A DNA stretch of 64,000 nt, from the IMG/VR virus record IMGVR_UViG_3300029913_000001. One strand, written 5' to 3'. This stretch comes from a virus (taxonomy: Duplodnaviria; Caudoviricetes). The notes under the pieces are model-generated. The model worked only from the letters and a program-made list of their open reading frames with translations, made no database searches and was not told where the DNA came from. The translations under genes were made by a program, and so were the position numbers. Positions 31,075 through 42,155 of the stretch are shown here, piece after piece; within the stretch, counting starts at the first letter, position 1, and each line of letters opens with the position of its first letter.

Positions 31075-31776
31075 CTATTTTGCCAGTTTAACGAAATTAA
31101 GCTGGGTTGTGTTCCCGGTGAATCGCTTAACTTTTCCGGTAACCTGATATATTTGACCAGGATTCCAGCCGTTTCCGTTAAAAAAGAATAGTAGATGTGT
31201 ACCAGACGTTGCATTAATTACATTTACATTGTATTTTGCGCTGAACGAGCACGAAATAACCGTAATCTGCAGGGCAACTTTAGAACCTACTATTACCCCA
31301 GGAAGTGGAGAACTAGCAGACTCGGCATCAATTTTGGTGTTCTGCGCTATCTGACGCTTCACATCTCGTTCATACCATGAGGGTAAGCAAGCCGTAAGGC
31401 CAAAATTGAGGCCACGATCTCCAAGCTCTAAGAGTTGAGTGATTGCGACAACCTTTTTAGTAAACTCATTTGCGGTATCGTCAAAAATCTGGGTCAGCAT
31501 TCCAGAATAATGCAGGCGAATCGCTTCACCCTGTTCAAAATCTTCCTTGGTAAGATCTGTAGGATTAGCGAGCAGGGTGCGCATCAGTTTAGAATTGAGC
31601 GGCTTCGTTCCCCCGGCCTCGCCAATTGCGGACGCAGACCCCCACTTTACATATTCCCCATTGATTCTCTGGGCAGCTACCGCAGCAGCGAAAACCGTGC
31701 TAATCGGGAACATTTTGCTAGGAACGTTCATTGGTCCTGACTTCCGTACGGGATGCCGATAATAACCATAACTCAT
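31075..31776 (-). CDS. Hypothetical protein with a probable C-terminal OB fold
   Basis: C-terminal beta-rich segment ending VTGKVK...TQLNFVK. Confidence 0.55.
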   Translation of the reverse strand: MSYGYYRHPVRKSGPMNVPSKMFPISTVFAAAVAAQRINGEYVKWGSASAIGEAGGTKPLNSKLMRTLLANPTDLTKEDFEQGEAIRLHYSGMLTQIFDDTANEFTKKVVAITQLLELGDRGLNFGLTACLPSWYERDVKRQIAQNTKIDAESASSPLPGVIVGSKVALQITVISCSFSAKYNVNVINATSGTHLLFFFNGNGWNPGQIYQVTGKVKRFTGNTTQLNFVKLAK

Positions 31777-32016
31777 AACCGCCTCTTTCTCATCAACATA
31801 TTCAGTTTAACGTACTCGGATGCAAAAGTCAACCGAAAATTAGAGTGTTTTTGAATTTTGGCTGATCTGGCGAGCGACTACTTTCAAAAACGCCGCGATC
31901 GCTGGGTTCTGTTCAGCATAGCTCTCAACCACCCTAATCGCAGCGGAAATGCCCGCGTTATATGCATAAAACTGATCGATTTCGCGCATTGAATGTTTAG
32001 CCATATCTGAGCTCCT

Positions 32017-32055
32017 CACTGAAATAATTATAGCAAAGTTCGGTACCGAATGCAA
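32017..32055 (-). promoter_or_regulatory. Early promoter cassette copy 6
   Basis: TTGCAT-17-TATAAT plus the exact 21-mer; ATG at 32004. Confidence 0.85.
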
Positions 32056-32213
32056 GCGAAATCAGCCGAAAATACCAAAAATCTTGTTTTTGAAAACAAA
32101 GGACTTATATCGCCCCAATATGACCCCACTATAATGATGGTACTCAGCTACTCCTGGGGTCATATTGGGGCCATACGGCGCCATTTTCGTTAAATCCCCC
32201 CTTTAAAATCAAC
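32017..32213. repeat. ~200-bp non-coding element, inverted homologue of 60049-60246
   Basis: Colinear similarity by eye, including TTGAAAACAAAGGACTTA and GGCCATACGGCGCCAT. Perfect 17-bp inverted repeat at 32112-32128 / 32155-32171. Confidence 0.85.
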
Positions 32214-33627
32214 GCTTTACAAAACTTTTTAAGAGGATCGTGCTCGCGTGCTGTATATAGTGCCAATTCTTTTTATTGCTATTAACGAGCGGCAAGTAGG
32301 GCTTCGATCAGAAAATGAGCTCTTAACGCATCGAAATCGCTCAATTTGCAGAGCAATGTATCCAATTCCTTGCGGGCATCTTCACTTGAAATTATTCGCC
32401 GCTTAACCTTGATCTCCATGTTTCCTCCTATCGCCACCGTGCATACAGTTCAAATCCTTATTTTTGATTAATAGGCAAAGCATTTTCAGGCGCTTATCTC
32501 ATTGTCACAACTAGTGCCTACGACAATCCTAGCGGCATCGCTGTTGGCGGCCGAGTGAATGTTCGATAAGTGGGCGATTTATCGGCAACCGCCTCAACCG
32601 CTCTTTGCGCATCGGCTAATGAGTTGGCGTATCCAGACTAACGTTTTGCTCGGGCGGCAATGCGGGTTTAACCGTCTGCGCATCTCGTGGATTCTTACCG
32701 GGATGCCACGAGCAATCGTTGACCTCGTAATAAGCGCCCAGACCGTGACCGGCTATAACAGCGGCCTTTGCTTGCTCAGTCAGGTCTACATTGGTATGAC
32801 AATTCTGCGCCGAGCATACGCTCGTAGCCAATACAAACAGAATAATTGATAGATACTTTATTGCTGTGCTCCTTTTGATATTAATAGATACTTCATTGCT
32901 GGGCCCGATTTTAGAGCGGCCAAATCTTCCACTATGTCCAATCCTCTGGTATATCCCTACTCCGAAGTTGCCTCCGGAATTCGACCCAATCTTCGTCTTC
33001 TTCGAACTGGACCGTAATCATCTCAGCCGCTTTGTCTACGGCGGTGTGAACAATAAAAGTTGTCCCAAATAGTTCCCCCCTTCGTTCGAGGAACGACCCG
33101 GCAAACAGGACAATATCCGAAAGTGGGTCATTATTTCTCAAGCTGAATTCGCTTATTAACATATTGTCTCCTATTCCGCCTTCACATATCCATTGTCTTC
33201 TGCCCAGCTTTCGAGTACTCGAAAGTCATTGTTTAGCGCATTACTTAAATCAGGTCGCATACTTCCTCTTTAAACGTAAACTGCGGATTCAACAGCAACG
33301 AATGATAAAGTCAGTTCTTCCGGGTCTCGGAAAAAATCAGCACGGAACCCACCAGTTGACGCCCATTGGGTCTGGCTGCCGGCAACCTCTGCAAGCAAAC
33401 GTCGGGCAAGCTTCTTAAGGTCTTCGATAGTAGGAGTGGTTTTCCCCGAATCATGGTATGTCCATCCCGTCAAGGCCATATAAATATGCACCTTTTCGAA
33501 ATCGAAAGTGTCGATCACCTGATCGATTGCCTTTTGGTATTTGTCTATCATACTTCCTCCTTGTGCTTCTAGTGATATTGATATATACTTCACCGCGCTT
33601 CTTTTATCTTACTCAACGAGAAGGGTT

Positions 33628-33859
33628 TCACTCCTCAAATTTCTTAATTAACTCGTTTTGAATATTTTCATATGCCAATTTCCATATATGCCTACTGTAT
33701 TCATTCTTGTATACATATGTGTACTCACTCGGCTATCAAACGTCCGTCATACTTCGATTTATGAGGCGTAATCCATACATAGACACCAAAAACTGTATCT
33801 GTTTGCCATAGTTTCGCATATGGATAAATTGTTTTAACAAGCGTTTTATAATTTATCAT
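33628..33859 (-). pseudogene. Frameshifted tandem paralogue of 33856-34131
   Basis: MINYKTLVKTIYPYAK...RLI, then a frame shift near 33730 giving PSEYTY...WKLAYENIQNELIKKFEE*. Confidence 0.65.
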
Positions 33860-34131
33860 TCTGACAATTTCCAGATTAGTTCTCGTTGAATTTTATCCCA
33901 CGCCAACTTCCATAAATTTGGACGATCCTTTGGTGACATATAATCGTATCTAATAGGCGCTGTTATAAAACGAGATCGATGCCAATCGATTGATAACAAA
34001 GTATCGCACCAACCGTTAGAATAATCCCATGCAGAATAAATCTTGGCATCGGGGTAAACATTTTTCACTAATGTTTCATAATTAATTGAAGAAATTATAT
34101 TTACCATTAGTTTCGATCTCGACCATAGCAT
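33856..34131 (-). CDS. Small 'YPDA...W..AW..I' family protein with C-terminal tag
   Basis: VKNVYPDAK...WKLAWDKIQRELIWKLSE. Confidence 0.7.
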   Translation of the reverse strand: MLWSRSKLMVNIISSINYETLVKNVYPDAKIYSAWDYSNGWCDTLLSIDWHRSRFITAPIRYDYMSPKDRPNLWKLAWDKIQRELIWKLSE

Positions 34132-34360
34132 TTTGCCAGGCCAGTTTCAGTTTGTGCATATTACGCATCCAGATCATCTTTGCATCCGGATTGGTCGTAT
34201 TTTTTAGAAGGCGTTCGGTTTTTTCAATAGCCTTAGCAATCGAGTCGACATCGATAATTGTGGAAGAGATCTGGGCAACTTGTTGCTTGTGAAGTTTAAT
34301 CATCATATAATTATAATAGCAAAGAAAAAAGGAATTGTCAACCGACAATTCCCAATAATT

Positions 34361-34801
34361 TTATGTTTTTGAAAAAAATTGCATTCGTCCAATTTTACAA
34401 TAAAAATGATATTTTCGAGATCGAAATCGAAAATTGTTAAAATACAAAATATTTCGTGGCAATCGAATTGGATCCGATCTTTTTAAAATTGTCGCTGCCA
34501 AACTAAAAAATTTTGATTGTGTTTTGAAATTAACCTGATGTTGGGAAAACTTATGAAATCCAAATTGCCAGTGGTTACCAACGTGGTCGTTAACAATTGA
34601 ACACACAGTAGCCTTTGGTAAGGTGTTAAGCCGATTCATAATTACTTCGCCGACAGCGTATTGTCCTAGTAATGGTTCTCCACCGGCTTCTCGAAAAATA
34701 GCATTCGCCAAACAAGTTTGATCACGCGAAGGTGGCTCTGCATATAAAACCGCAGAGACAAATAGAACCCCGCATAGTATGGTAGTTGTTATTTTAGTCA
34801 T
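34361..34801 (-). CDS. SleB-like cell wall hydrolase (Hydrolase_2)
   Basis: CLANAIFREAGGEP..GQYAVGEVIMNR, CSIV, WQF motifs; signal/anchor N-terminus; TATAAATA at 34808-34815. Confidence 0.88.
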   Translation of the reverse strand: MTKITTTILCGVLFVSAVLYAEPPSRDQTCLANAIFREAGGEPLLGQYAVGEVIMNRLNTLPKATVCSIVNDHVGNHWQFGFHKFSQHQVNFKTQSKFFSLAATILKRSDPIRLPRNILYFNNFRFRSRKYHFYCKIGRMQFFSKT

Positions 34802-34907
34802 AGTATATATTTATACCAAAAATAACAACTTATGTCAAGTGATTAATTAGTATCGAAATGCATCCTCTAGCGTAGTGAACTTCCGGGGTATCTTTTTCTT
34901 TCTGGCT

Positions 34908-36908
34908 TTACCCTTTTATTAATCCCCCGCCTAGCGTATTAATTCCTGTGGGCAATGTCGGCAAAATATTTGAATTTGGCATTAATGATGTAGGTATTAA
35001 TCCGGAGGCCGATAGCGTCTGATTATTGACCGCTTCGGTTATCGTCGCGGATAATGCTTGCCCAGAAATCGTTGTTTTATCTATTAAATTTGAAGTCAAC
35101 CCTAAACCGGTAGTCTCGTCAATCCCGGGAATTTGCGAAAGTGCCGATAAACTCGGCAGGGCGGATAGATTAGTTTGTGAAGCAACCGATGCCGCCATAC
35201 TAGATAATTGGGAGGGAAATGCGGTTAACGCCGATGGACTAGGAGTCTGTAAAAATATAGCCGACTGGGAAGGTAAATCAATATTAGTCTTTGTACTCGG
35301 AGCATGAAAGCGCTGTACAACACTCATAATAATTCCGGTTAATCCTGATAATTTAGTAATTGCTGCCAATGAATCTGAGGCGAACCCAGCAATATTTGCC
35401 GGCGTTAACCCAACAGTCGGAGCCAACGCAATACTATTATTATGGGTTTCCGCAATACCATTATACGCCGATAACAACGAAACATTTGCCAATGTTGGGG
35501 CAACATTTTCTAAACTAGCAGATGTACTATTAATTAGAACTACACCATTAGCACAGAGCGAATTAATATCAGAATAACTATTGCCGTTACTCAGATATAC
35601 CGGGGTTGAAATTCCATTCACCAAAGCATTCGCAATATTACCGGTATCAGAACTAATATTGCCGTACTGAGTTGTTCCCATTAATTGTTTAATAACCTGA
35701 ATGGTCGAATATAATGCGTCGTTATAATTAGTCGACCCTAATATATCATCAACTGTTGGATTACCATTCGCACCAGAACCCGGACCCACCGATGCCTTAA
35801 GATTTGAAAAATCAGACACCGATACGGGGGCAGGCATTGCCGAAATATTCGGTGTGCCAATCAATGGAATAATTTTATACATCGTTCGTCCTAAATCACC
35901 AATTGACGCAATATTATTAAGTCCGGTTATATTTACACTTAATGCTTTAAGTAACGCATATGAATCGAGAGGAGTCACACCGATAGAAGTTTCGATAGAA
36001 TTTGTAGCCGCGCTTCCTAAAATTATTGGTAACGATAAACAATCCGTCCACACATTAATTTGCGATCCCGACACTCCGAAAAAAGTTATAACGGCATCTA
36101 GATCGTTTGTATCTACTAACGCTGCGTTTGCCGCAATTCCAACCAATGCATCAAATGGATTTAGGGAAGCTACCTGAAAAGTATCATCCGGTGTTTTTCC
36201 CATCGGAGCATCTAAAATCATAGTAAATAAATCTTTATCAATTATATATGAATTTCCTGTCGATGGATCAACAATAGATTTTCCGAAGAAATTAAGATGT
36301 AAATTACCAATTGTATTATCCCCAGCATTTAATAATTGTAAAAAACAGCCTGCATTACTAAACCCATCGAGCCCATTATATATATCTGACGGTGTCATAA
36401 GAGACCCGCATTGTATAAAGGCTTCCGCTACACCAGATATATTATTACCGGCTATTTCTGAAAACCCACCCGTGACAGATGCATTTGCTCCATTCGGCCA
36501 TTGAGCCGAAGCTGCGCTGTTAATTGTTAATGCTGCCTGAGCCGCATAACTTTGAGCCTGACCTAGCGTTTGTAGGAACACATTGGCCGTAGAACTACCC
36601 GCAAATAAATTTGAAGTACGAGCACTTGTTATACTAATTAGTGGTCCGGTTCCTAGGTTAGAACTAAAATCATTGGGAACTTGCCCAAATAACTGGGGAA
36701 AAGAATTTGATCCAATACTACGCAACGCGATAGTATTGCTGGCAGTAACCCCTACTTCGGCCGCATTGTTATAGATAATATTCCAATTATTAACTGTTTG
36801 AATGGAATTATATGCAGAAAGATTGGCGCTAATATTCGGCGGCGCCAATCCTTCACCTGCTTGTAATCCTGCGGCTGCTATTAATTGCACACCTGATAAT
36901 GAGTTCAT
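34908..36908 (-). CDS. Probable virion structural protein (S/A/G/N-rich, 666 aa)
   Basis: Long low-charge ORF with a GTAAATA late motif upstream. Function inferred only. Confidence 0.55.
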   Translation of the reverse strand: MNSLSGVQLIAAAGLQAGEGLAPPNISANLSAYNSIQTVNNWNIIYNNAAEVGVTASNTIALRSIGSNSFPQLFGQVPNDFSSNLGTGPLISITSARTSNLFAGSSTANVFLQTLGQAQSYAAQAALTINSAASAQWPNGANASVTGGFSEIAGNNISGVAEAFIQCGSLMTPSDIYNGLDGFSNAGCFLQLLNAGDNTIGNLHLNFFGKSIVDPSTGNSYIIDKDLFTMILDAPMGKTPDDTFQVASLNPFDALVGIAANAALVDTNDLDAVITFFGVSGSQINVWTDCLSLPIILGSAATNSIETSIGVTPLDSYALLKALSVNITGLNNIASIGDLGRTMYKIIPLIGTPNISAMPAPVSVSDFSNLKASVGPGSGANGNPTVDDILGSTNYNDALYSTIQVIKQLMGTTQYGNISSDTGNIANALVNGISTPVYLSNGNSYSDINSLCANGVVLINSTSASLENVAPTLANVSLLSAYNGIAETHNNSIALAPTVGLTPANIAGFASDSLAAITKLSGLTGIIMSVVQRFHAPSTKTNIDLPSQSAIFLQTPSPSALTAFPSQLSSMAASVASQTNLSALPSLSALSQIPGIDETTGLGLTSNLIDKTTISGQALSATITEAVNNQTLSASGLIPTSLMPNSNILPTLPTGINTLGGGLIKG

Positions 36909-36915
36909 ATTGTAT

Positions 36916-37227
36916 TTACCCCATTAAATTTTGCTTACCAGGCAAAACAATATTACTAATAGCACTAAGATAAGCAGTCTTAAGAGCGTCCCTTACATTA
37001 GCCGTGTAGCAAACAATCGCTGACTTCTTAAGAATAATCGGCTTATCTGGATTGGCACCTATTAATGCCAAGCCTAAACTTAGTCTATCATTAACTGGCA
37101 TAATTGACCGTGGATTATCCAAGGAAAAAGTATCGGTGTTCGGTTCCATATAATCTAGGGCAGGAGTAAGGCGTGAAATAATCTCTTCACCGGTTACTAA
37201 CTTAAAACAATAAATTGTATCTTCCAT
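36916..37227 (-). CDS. Conserved T4-like phage hypothetical protein (Sm-like fold suspected)
   Basis: FKLVTGEEII motif. Confidence 0.55.
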   Translation of the reverse strand: MEDTIYCFKLVTGEEIISRLTPALDYMEPNTDTFSLDNPRSIMPVNDRLSLGLALIGANPDKPIILKKSAIVCYTANVRDALKTAYLSAISNIVLPGKQNLMG

Positions 37228-37670
37228 ATTATCCCTCTAACTTCTTTAAAATATTTTCTCTTTTAATCATAGTCACTACATTCAAATTTGTCAATGGAAA
37301 ATTATCCAACACAATTGCACCATTTATACCCTGAATTACATCATCGATAATGGCTAAACTAAAATCATGTTTTTTGACGTGTTCTGATAATAGTAATGTA
37401 TAGAATGCGCCTACCACCTGAGAGTTAGCACAAAAAATTGTCTGACTGAATAATTCCCACGGCGTTGGCCAATGGGTAATATCTTGTAATTCAAATTGAA
37501 ACTTTTTGATCTTTGGACTATTGTTCCAATTTTTTTGAACTAACTTTACAGCTTCCTCAAACGAAATGGTATCGATATATTTACGAAAGGCTCTGATACT
37601 TAAAATCCGCGCCTCAGGTTTGCCTAGCCAGGCCACTTTAACTTCTTTATTTTTTTCCATATTTCCTTTT

Positions 37671-38357
37671 TCACCACGGAATATTATAATATTCTGCGAC
37701 TCTAATCCACCACTGGTCGCTATATTTGTCAAAATTTGTTTCATCAACTTCAAATCTTTGAAACTCTAAATCACCAGAACACATTAAAATTATACCACGA
37801 CGTATATTAGTTCCGTATAATTCATTATGAGCCAATGCGTATGCGCATAATTGACATCGATAATCTTCAACCCAGGCTTCCTTCTTCGGCCTGTTGGTTT
37901 GCTTGTAGTCTAAGATGGCTAATTCGCCATCTTTCATTTTTCCGACTAAGTCGGTTGCGCCGGCAAAAAGACCAGGAAAATACAAACTAACTTCCGAACC
38001 CAAAAAAATATCTACATCGGATAATCCTTTTTCTACAATAACTTTTGCCATATGATAGGCTTGAATTGAATAAGGATTGGTTCCGGGTTCACCCATATAA
38101 TCGGTTTGCACATAATTTTCAAGATATTTGTGCATTCTTGTGCCCCTAGAACCCGCGATGGCCGTAATCTCGGCCGGTTTCTCGGCACCTTTATATTTTC
38201 GCCAATTATTTAATGCTTGTATTGACTCTTCAGATTTTGTTGCGGAAAGTATCGTAGTAACTGATGGGAGACGTTCTCCGTTAGGGCAAGAATATAATCT
38301 CTTGCCATTAACAGATTCGCGATGCAATGTTTTATAAGGGAACTTTTCAACAACCAT
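37671..38357 (-). CDS. PD-(D/E)XK (Cas4-like) exonuclease
   Basis: LPSVTTIL, RGTRMH, SEVSLY, AGATDL and LDYKQT motifs. Confidence 0.88.
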   Translation of the reverse strand: MVVEKFPYKTLHRESVNGKRLYSCPNGERLPSVTTILSATKSEESIQALNNWRKYKGAEKPAEITAIAGSRGTRMHKYLENYVQTDYMGEPGTNPYSIQAYHMAKVIVEKGLSDVDIFLGSEVSLYFPGLFAGATDLVGKMKDGELAILDYKQTNRPKKEAWVEDYRCQLCAYALAHNELYGTNIRRGIILMCSGDLEFQRFEVDETNFDKYSDQWWIRVAEYYNIPW

Positions 38358-38392
38358 AAGTAATTATAGCAGTTCTGTTAGAGATATACAAG

Positions 38393-38875
38393 CTACTTTC
38401 TAGAGGCCGCGCGTTTGGCCATAGATTGAACCAAACCACCGGATGATATACTAACGTCTTCTCGCTCTTGATCTTCATCAGAAGTATCTGCCGATGCACT
38501 TTCTCCCTCGTCCGGGGCCTGAAAATCTTCAGGATTAAATTCTTCCTCGGATTCCTCTGGAACTTCATCTGAAGGTTCATTTTCAAAATCATTTGGAGAA
38601 AATTCATCAGGTACTGCCATCGGAATTTCCTCTTCCCCTAAGGAAAGGGTAACCTGATTCTTATTAATAGATTTAATTTCGTGGGAAATACTAGGGTCCT
38701 TAGTTAACTCGGCCAATTGGGAATACGTAATATGTATTCCCAAAAGATCGATTAATTTCTTGACCGAAATCACCGGCTCTAACCCCTTATCTTCGGCTTT
38801 ATGCTTCAAAAATGACAAGACAGTAATTAGTTTATTCCGTAATAATGGATCAGTTTTAGTTTGCGGCATTGGCAT
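38393..38875 (-). CDS. Hypothetical protein with an acidic C-terminus
   Basis: ORF track; E/D/P-rich tail. Confidence 0.7.
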   Translation of the reverse strand: MPMPQTKTDPLLRNKLITVLSFLKHKAEDKGLEPVISVKKLIDLLGIHITYSQLAELTKDPSISHEIKSINKNQVTLSLGEEEIPMAVPDEFSPNDFENEPSDEVPEESEEEFNPEDFQAPDEGESASADTSDEDQEREDVSISSGGLVQSMAKRAASRK

Positions 38876-38886
38876 GATTTTTATCC

Positions 38887-40929
38887 TTACTTCTTTTCAA
38901 TCTTTTTTTGATGAATGGCCTTGCTTTTTGCTCCTAGGCAAATTTTGCAATTTTTTGCAAATGTTTTTCCAGGAACAAACGCATGTGGCTTATCCGATGA
39001 TGCGTTCTTGTTCTCCGTTTTAACTGCTTCCGTTGCAAGCTGTCTAATAGCTTCAGCTAATCTACGAGCAGCCTTGGGATTTTTCTTAACATCGGTTTTC
39101 TTTAATGCCTCATTAAGAGCGACAATTTTAGCATCTATTGTTTTCTTTGATTCAATCAACTTTTTAGTTTTAACTTTCATACCAAGACATTCCGCTAATT
39201 CTTTTTCAAGGTTAATAAGACTTTCTGATGCAGGCATACGAGTCTCTCTTCCTAAAGGATTCTTTTTCTTAGTAACCGGGGCATCAAAAGCAGATGAATC
39301 AATATCTTCATCGCCTTCTGCCGGTACTTCCTCAGGTAATGCTAAATCGGTAGCAGCAGTTGGCTCGTCGCCCGATAAAACAAGAGTTGCGTTTTCTAAT
39401 TCAGTCTTCTTTTCCTTAACTGAAGTTAATAAATCATTAATAACTGTATTTGCAGTCGTCTGATACCTATCCGCTTGTTCTGCTCCTAAACTAGTTCGAA
39501 TTGAATCTACTAGGGCAGGTAATTCATCGTTAGACATCTTACCCAATTCAGAAATAGTATCGGCTAATCTATCAACCAAATCTTTTGCCGCTAGTACAGA
39601 TTGCGCAGATTCAATCTCGCCTTCTTTTAATAATTTTCTAGCTCGGGACTTCAGGGCATTTTCTACAATCTTTGTCTTTTTCATATAGATGCTTTCTCCA
39701 ACTTTATTTACCGGCTGATTTTCAGTTCGGCCGCCGTGCAATGCTACTTTGAATAATTCGTTAAAATTATTTGCTGCTTCCGGATTTGATTTAATTGCGG
39801 CATCAATAGCTCGAGCAGCATCTTGCTTTTTAAAGCCTTGATTACACAATGCACTATACACATCCTTTTCTATCTTTGTCGGAACATGTTTAGTGGGAGC
39901 GGGATTACTATTTGCGGCTGGCGCCTTAGCCGGGGGGTTATTTGCCTGCGTGGTTGCTGCCGGAGGCGTGGGGGCCGCGGGTGAAGCTGCGTTCGGAACG
40001 GGAGCGGCTGGTGTTTTCGAGGTAAGATAATCTGTTACTTTTTCAAGTTCGGTTGTTACTGATTTTTTTTCATTGGGAGTTGCTCTAGAAAACGCCGGAT
40101 CCCTTTGCAATAACGTAGTAATATCATTAGGGTTTGGCGCAGTCCGAGTTTTGGCGATTCGAGAAATATAATCTGATAATTTTTGTTTAGCAGCCTGAGA
40201 CAAATTTTTAAAAGAAGGATCCTGTAAAATCTTAGTTGTGTACGAAGAAATTTCAGTAGTTGTCCTCGGCGGTCTAATGGGATTTCCAGCAGCATCAGTG
40301 TTAACAACCTTACCCCAATCTTTATGAATTGTATTGCCCTTCATTCCTTGTACAAATGCTCCTAATGCAGAGCCCGCAGTGTGAGCAATTCTAGAAATAG
40401 CTGGGCTCGCTACCGCGTGTGCTGCAGAAGCGGCCGACTTAACTCTATTTCCTAAAGTTGGTCGTATCGAGCCTGTAGTGGGAGTCTGAGTTTCTACGCC
40501 GGTGGGCTCGGGTTGAGTTTCTGGCGCGGGCTCTTGCTGCGCCGGCGCAGCAGCCACCGGTTGATTTCCTTCAGGCGCAGCCGTAGGAGGTGTTCCTTCT
40601 GGCTCGGCTGAAGTTTCTGCAGGGGATTCCGGCTGAGCCGCTTGCTCATCGGGAATAGCTTGAGTAGCAGGATTAATTGATCGGCGCGCGGCGTACTTCC
40701 CAGGAGATCGCTCAGTTAGCAAATTTTCCAGTGTTAATAATCCCATGTAAGTTTTATCGCGCTCACTTGTATGGAATCTATTACTATTTCTAATAACATC
40801 TAATTTTTGTCGTGTCGTTTCCAAAAGGTGGCTAATCTTATTAGGAGTAAGATTGGATACCGAAATATCGAAATATTCTGTCAACAATGATTCTAAATTA
40901 ACGGGTTTTTGTAATTCATTTAATATCAT
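38887..40929 (-). CDS. Probable head core/scaffold-like late protein with a Pro/Ala-rich insert and a RuvA-CTD-like domain
   Basis: MILNEL start, GTAAATA motif at 40938-40944, coiled-coil regions and PA-rich linkers. Confidence 0.6.
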   Translation of the reverse strand: MILNELQKPVNLESLLTEYFDISVSNLTPNKISHLLETTRQKLDVIRNSNRFHTSERDKTYMGLLTLENLLTERSPGKYAARRSINPATQAIPDEQAAQPESPAETSAEPEGTPPTAAPEGNQPVAAAPAQQEPAPETQPEPTGVETQTPTTGSIRPTLGNRVKSAASAAHAVASPAISRIAHTAGSALGAFVQGMKGNTIHKDWGKVVNTDAAGNPIRPPRTTTEISSYTTKILQDPSFKNLSQAAKQKLSDYISRIAKTRTAPNPNDITTLLQRDPAFSRATPNEKKSVTTELEKVTDYLTSKTPAAPVPNAASPAAPTPPAATTQANNPPAKAPAANSNPAPTKHVPTKIEKDVYSALCNQGFKKQDAARAIDAAIKSNPEAANNFNELFKVALHGGRTENQPVNKVGESIYMKKTKIVENALKSRARKLLKEGEIESAQSVLAAKDLVDRLADTISELGKMSNDELPALVDSIRTSLGAEQADRYQTTANTVINDLLTSVKEKKTELENATLVLSGDEPTAATDLALPEEVPAEGDEDIDSSAFDAPVTKKKNPLGRETRMPASESLINLEKELAECLGMKVKTKKLIESKKTIDAKIVALNEALKKTDVKKNPKAARRLAEAIRQLATEAVKTENKNASSDKPHAFVPGKTFAKNCKICLGAKSKAIHQKKIEKK

Positions 40930-40936
40930 GATACAC

Positions 40937-41215
40937 CTATTTACCTAAAAACAACGGAATAAGAACTTTTAAGATTAATGCGCCGAGTGTTGCTAATAAC
41001 GAAATAATTATTGCACTTCCCCATCTTATTAACTGAGCATTTCTATTTTCTTCTATGGTGTCAATTCTAGAACTTAACCCCGATATTTGTACAGTTAAAT
41101 CATCTATCCGAGATGTGTGGCTAGTTAATTCTTCATGAATCGAGATTATTCGCATATCGGCTAGCTCGACATGCACTTCAAGGTTTTTCTTCTCTAGTTC
41201 GGTTGTCCCCATCAC
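40937..41215 (-). CDS. Coiled-coil plus C-terminal TM protein (holin/XhlA-like architecture)
   Basis: Heptad-like segment followed by a 20-aa hydrophobic tail. Confidence 0.5.
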   Translation of the reverse strand: MMGTTELEKKNLEVHVELADMRIISIHEELTSHTSRIDDLTVQISGLSSRIDTIEENRNAQLIRWGSAIIISLLATLGALILKVLIPLFLGK

Positions 41216-41706
41216 TCACCCCATACCACCAATGCGACGTTCATATATATTTATGGAAAATACAAATTAATGGATAAATTTGTATTGGGTCCGCTAGTTG
41301 AAAAAATAGGAGAAGATATTTTCACCGATTCGTTTAACGACGTTATAATAGGTATATTATTAAAATCTTCAAGTAACAAATGTATGGGTATATAATGCTC
41401 AAATGAAACAAAAAATTTCCATACTGATAATTTTTGATTATTATATGCACTAAATTTATAATCTGAATTTTCTAATAAAATAGGATCGGTAATGTTATTT
41501 GGCTGCGAACGTAGGCCTAATAATTGAACTACTACGTCCCAATTACGTTGTTGATTTCGAAGGAAATCCCATTGTATCTGCGTTAGAGGTGAGCCCTGAG
41601 ATTTAAAATTTCTCGTAATATTTGTTTTAGTTATATCAACCAAGGTATAAATTTCTAATTCCATTATAATGATATTTATTATATCAGAATCAATTATTGC
41701 GGGCAT

Positions 41707-41738
41707 AAAAATTGGGAGCCGTCAGGCTCCCAATTTTT
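41707..41738. terminator. Intrinsic terminator
   Basis: AAAAATTGGGAGCC-GTCA-GGCTCCCAATTTTT. Confidence 0.85.
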
Positions 41739-41753
41739 ATATATTCGGTTAGA

Positions 41754-42155
41754 TTAAAAAGTAAAATATGAAACGGTAGTAGCCGCAAGGTTAACATTTG
41801 AAAACCCGACTGTAGAATTACCAACCACATAGTTTCCTAGTGACTGAATAGCGGTCTGAACAGTTGCGGGAAGAGCTGCATCAACACCAGAAGTTAGCAT
41901 ACGAACACCAACATTACCGTTTGCACCATTTTGACTAACTAATGCAATATTTGCAGTTAGCTGGCCAAGCATTTCGATGGTAGCTACCTGTTCGACTTGC
42001 TGAATAACCGCATCCCATGCACCGGTAGGGCCAGTTGAAGTTAGAATGCCATTACCTGTTGGACCAAAGTTAAACTCTAAACCATCTACTGCCTTACCAA
42101 AAAAACTACCTGCATTGCCGTCAATTGCCGGATTTACCTTATTCCATTGAGCCAT
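41754..42155 (-). CDS. Small probable virion protein
   Basis: Own TATAAATA promoter (42207-42214), RBS and terminator; G/N/A-rich. Confidence 0.6.
   Translation of the reverse strand: MAQWNKVNPAIDGNAGSFFGKAVDGLEFNFGPTGNGILTSTGPTGAWDAVIQQVEQVATIEMLGQLTANIALVSQNGANGNVGVRMLTSGVDAALPATVQTAIQSLGNYVVGNSTVGFSNVNLAATTVSYFTF

Noticed and set aside
32440-32462. GTTCAAATCC resembling a tRNA T-loop
   Set aside because: The flanks do not form a 5-bp T stem, and no acceptor, D or anticodon arms were found.
33208-33225. Perfect 18-bp palindrome CTTTCGAGTACTCGAAAG
   Set aside because: It lies inside a small ORF, has no U-tract or second copy, and one such palindrome is plausible by chance in 64 kb.
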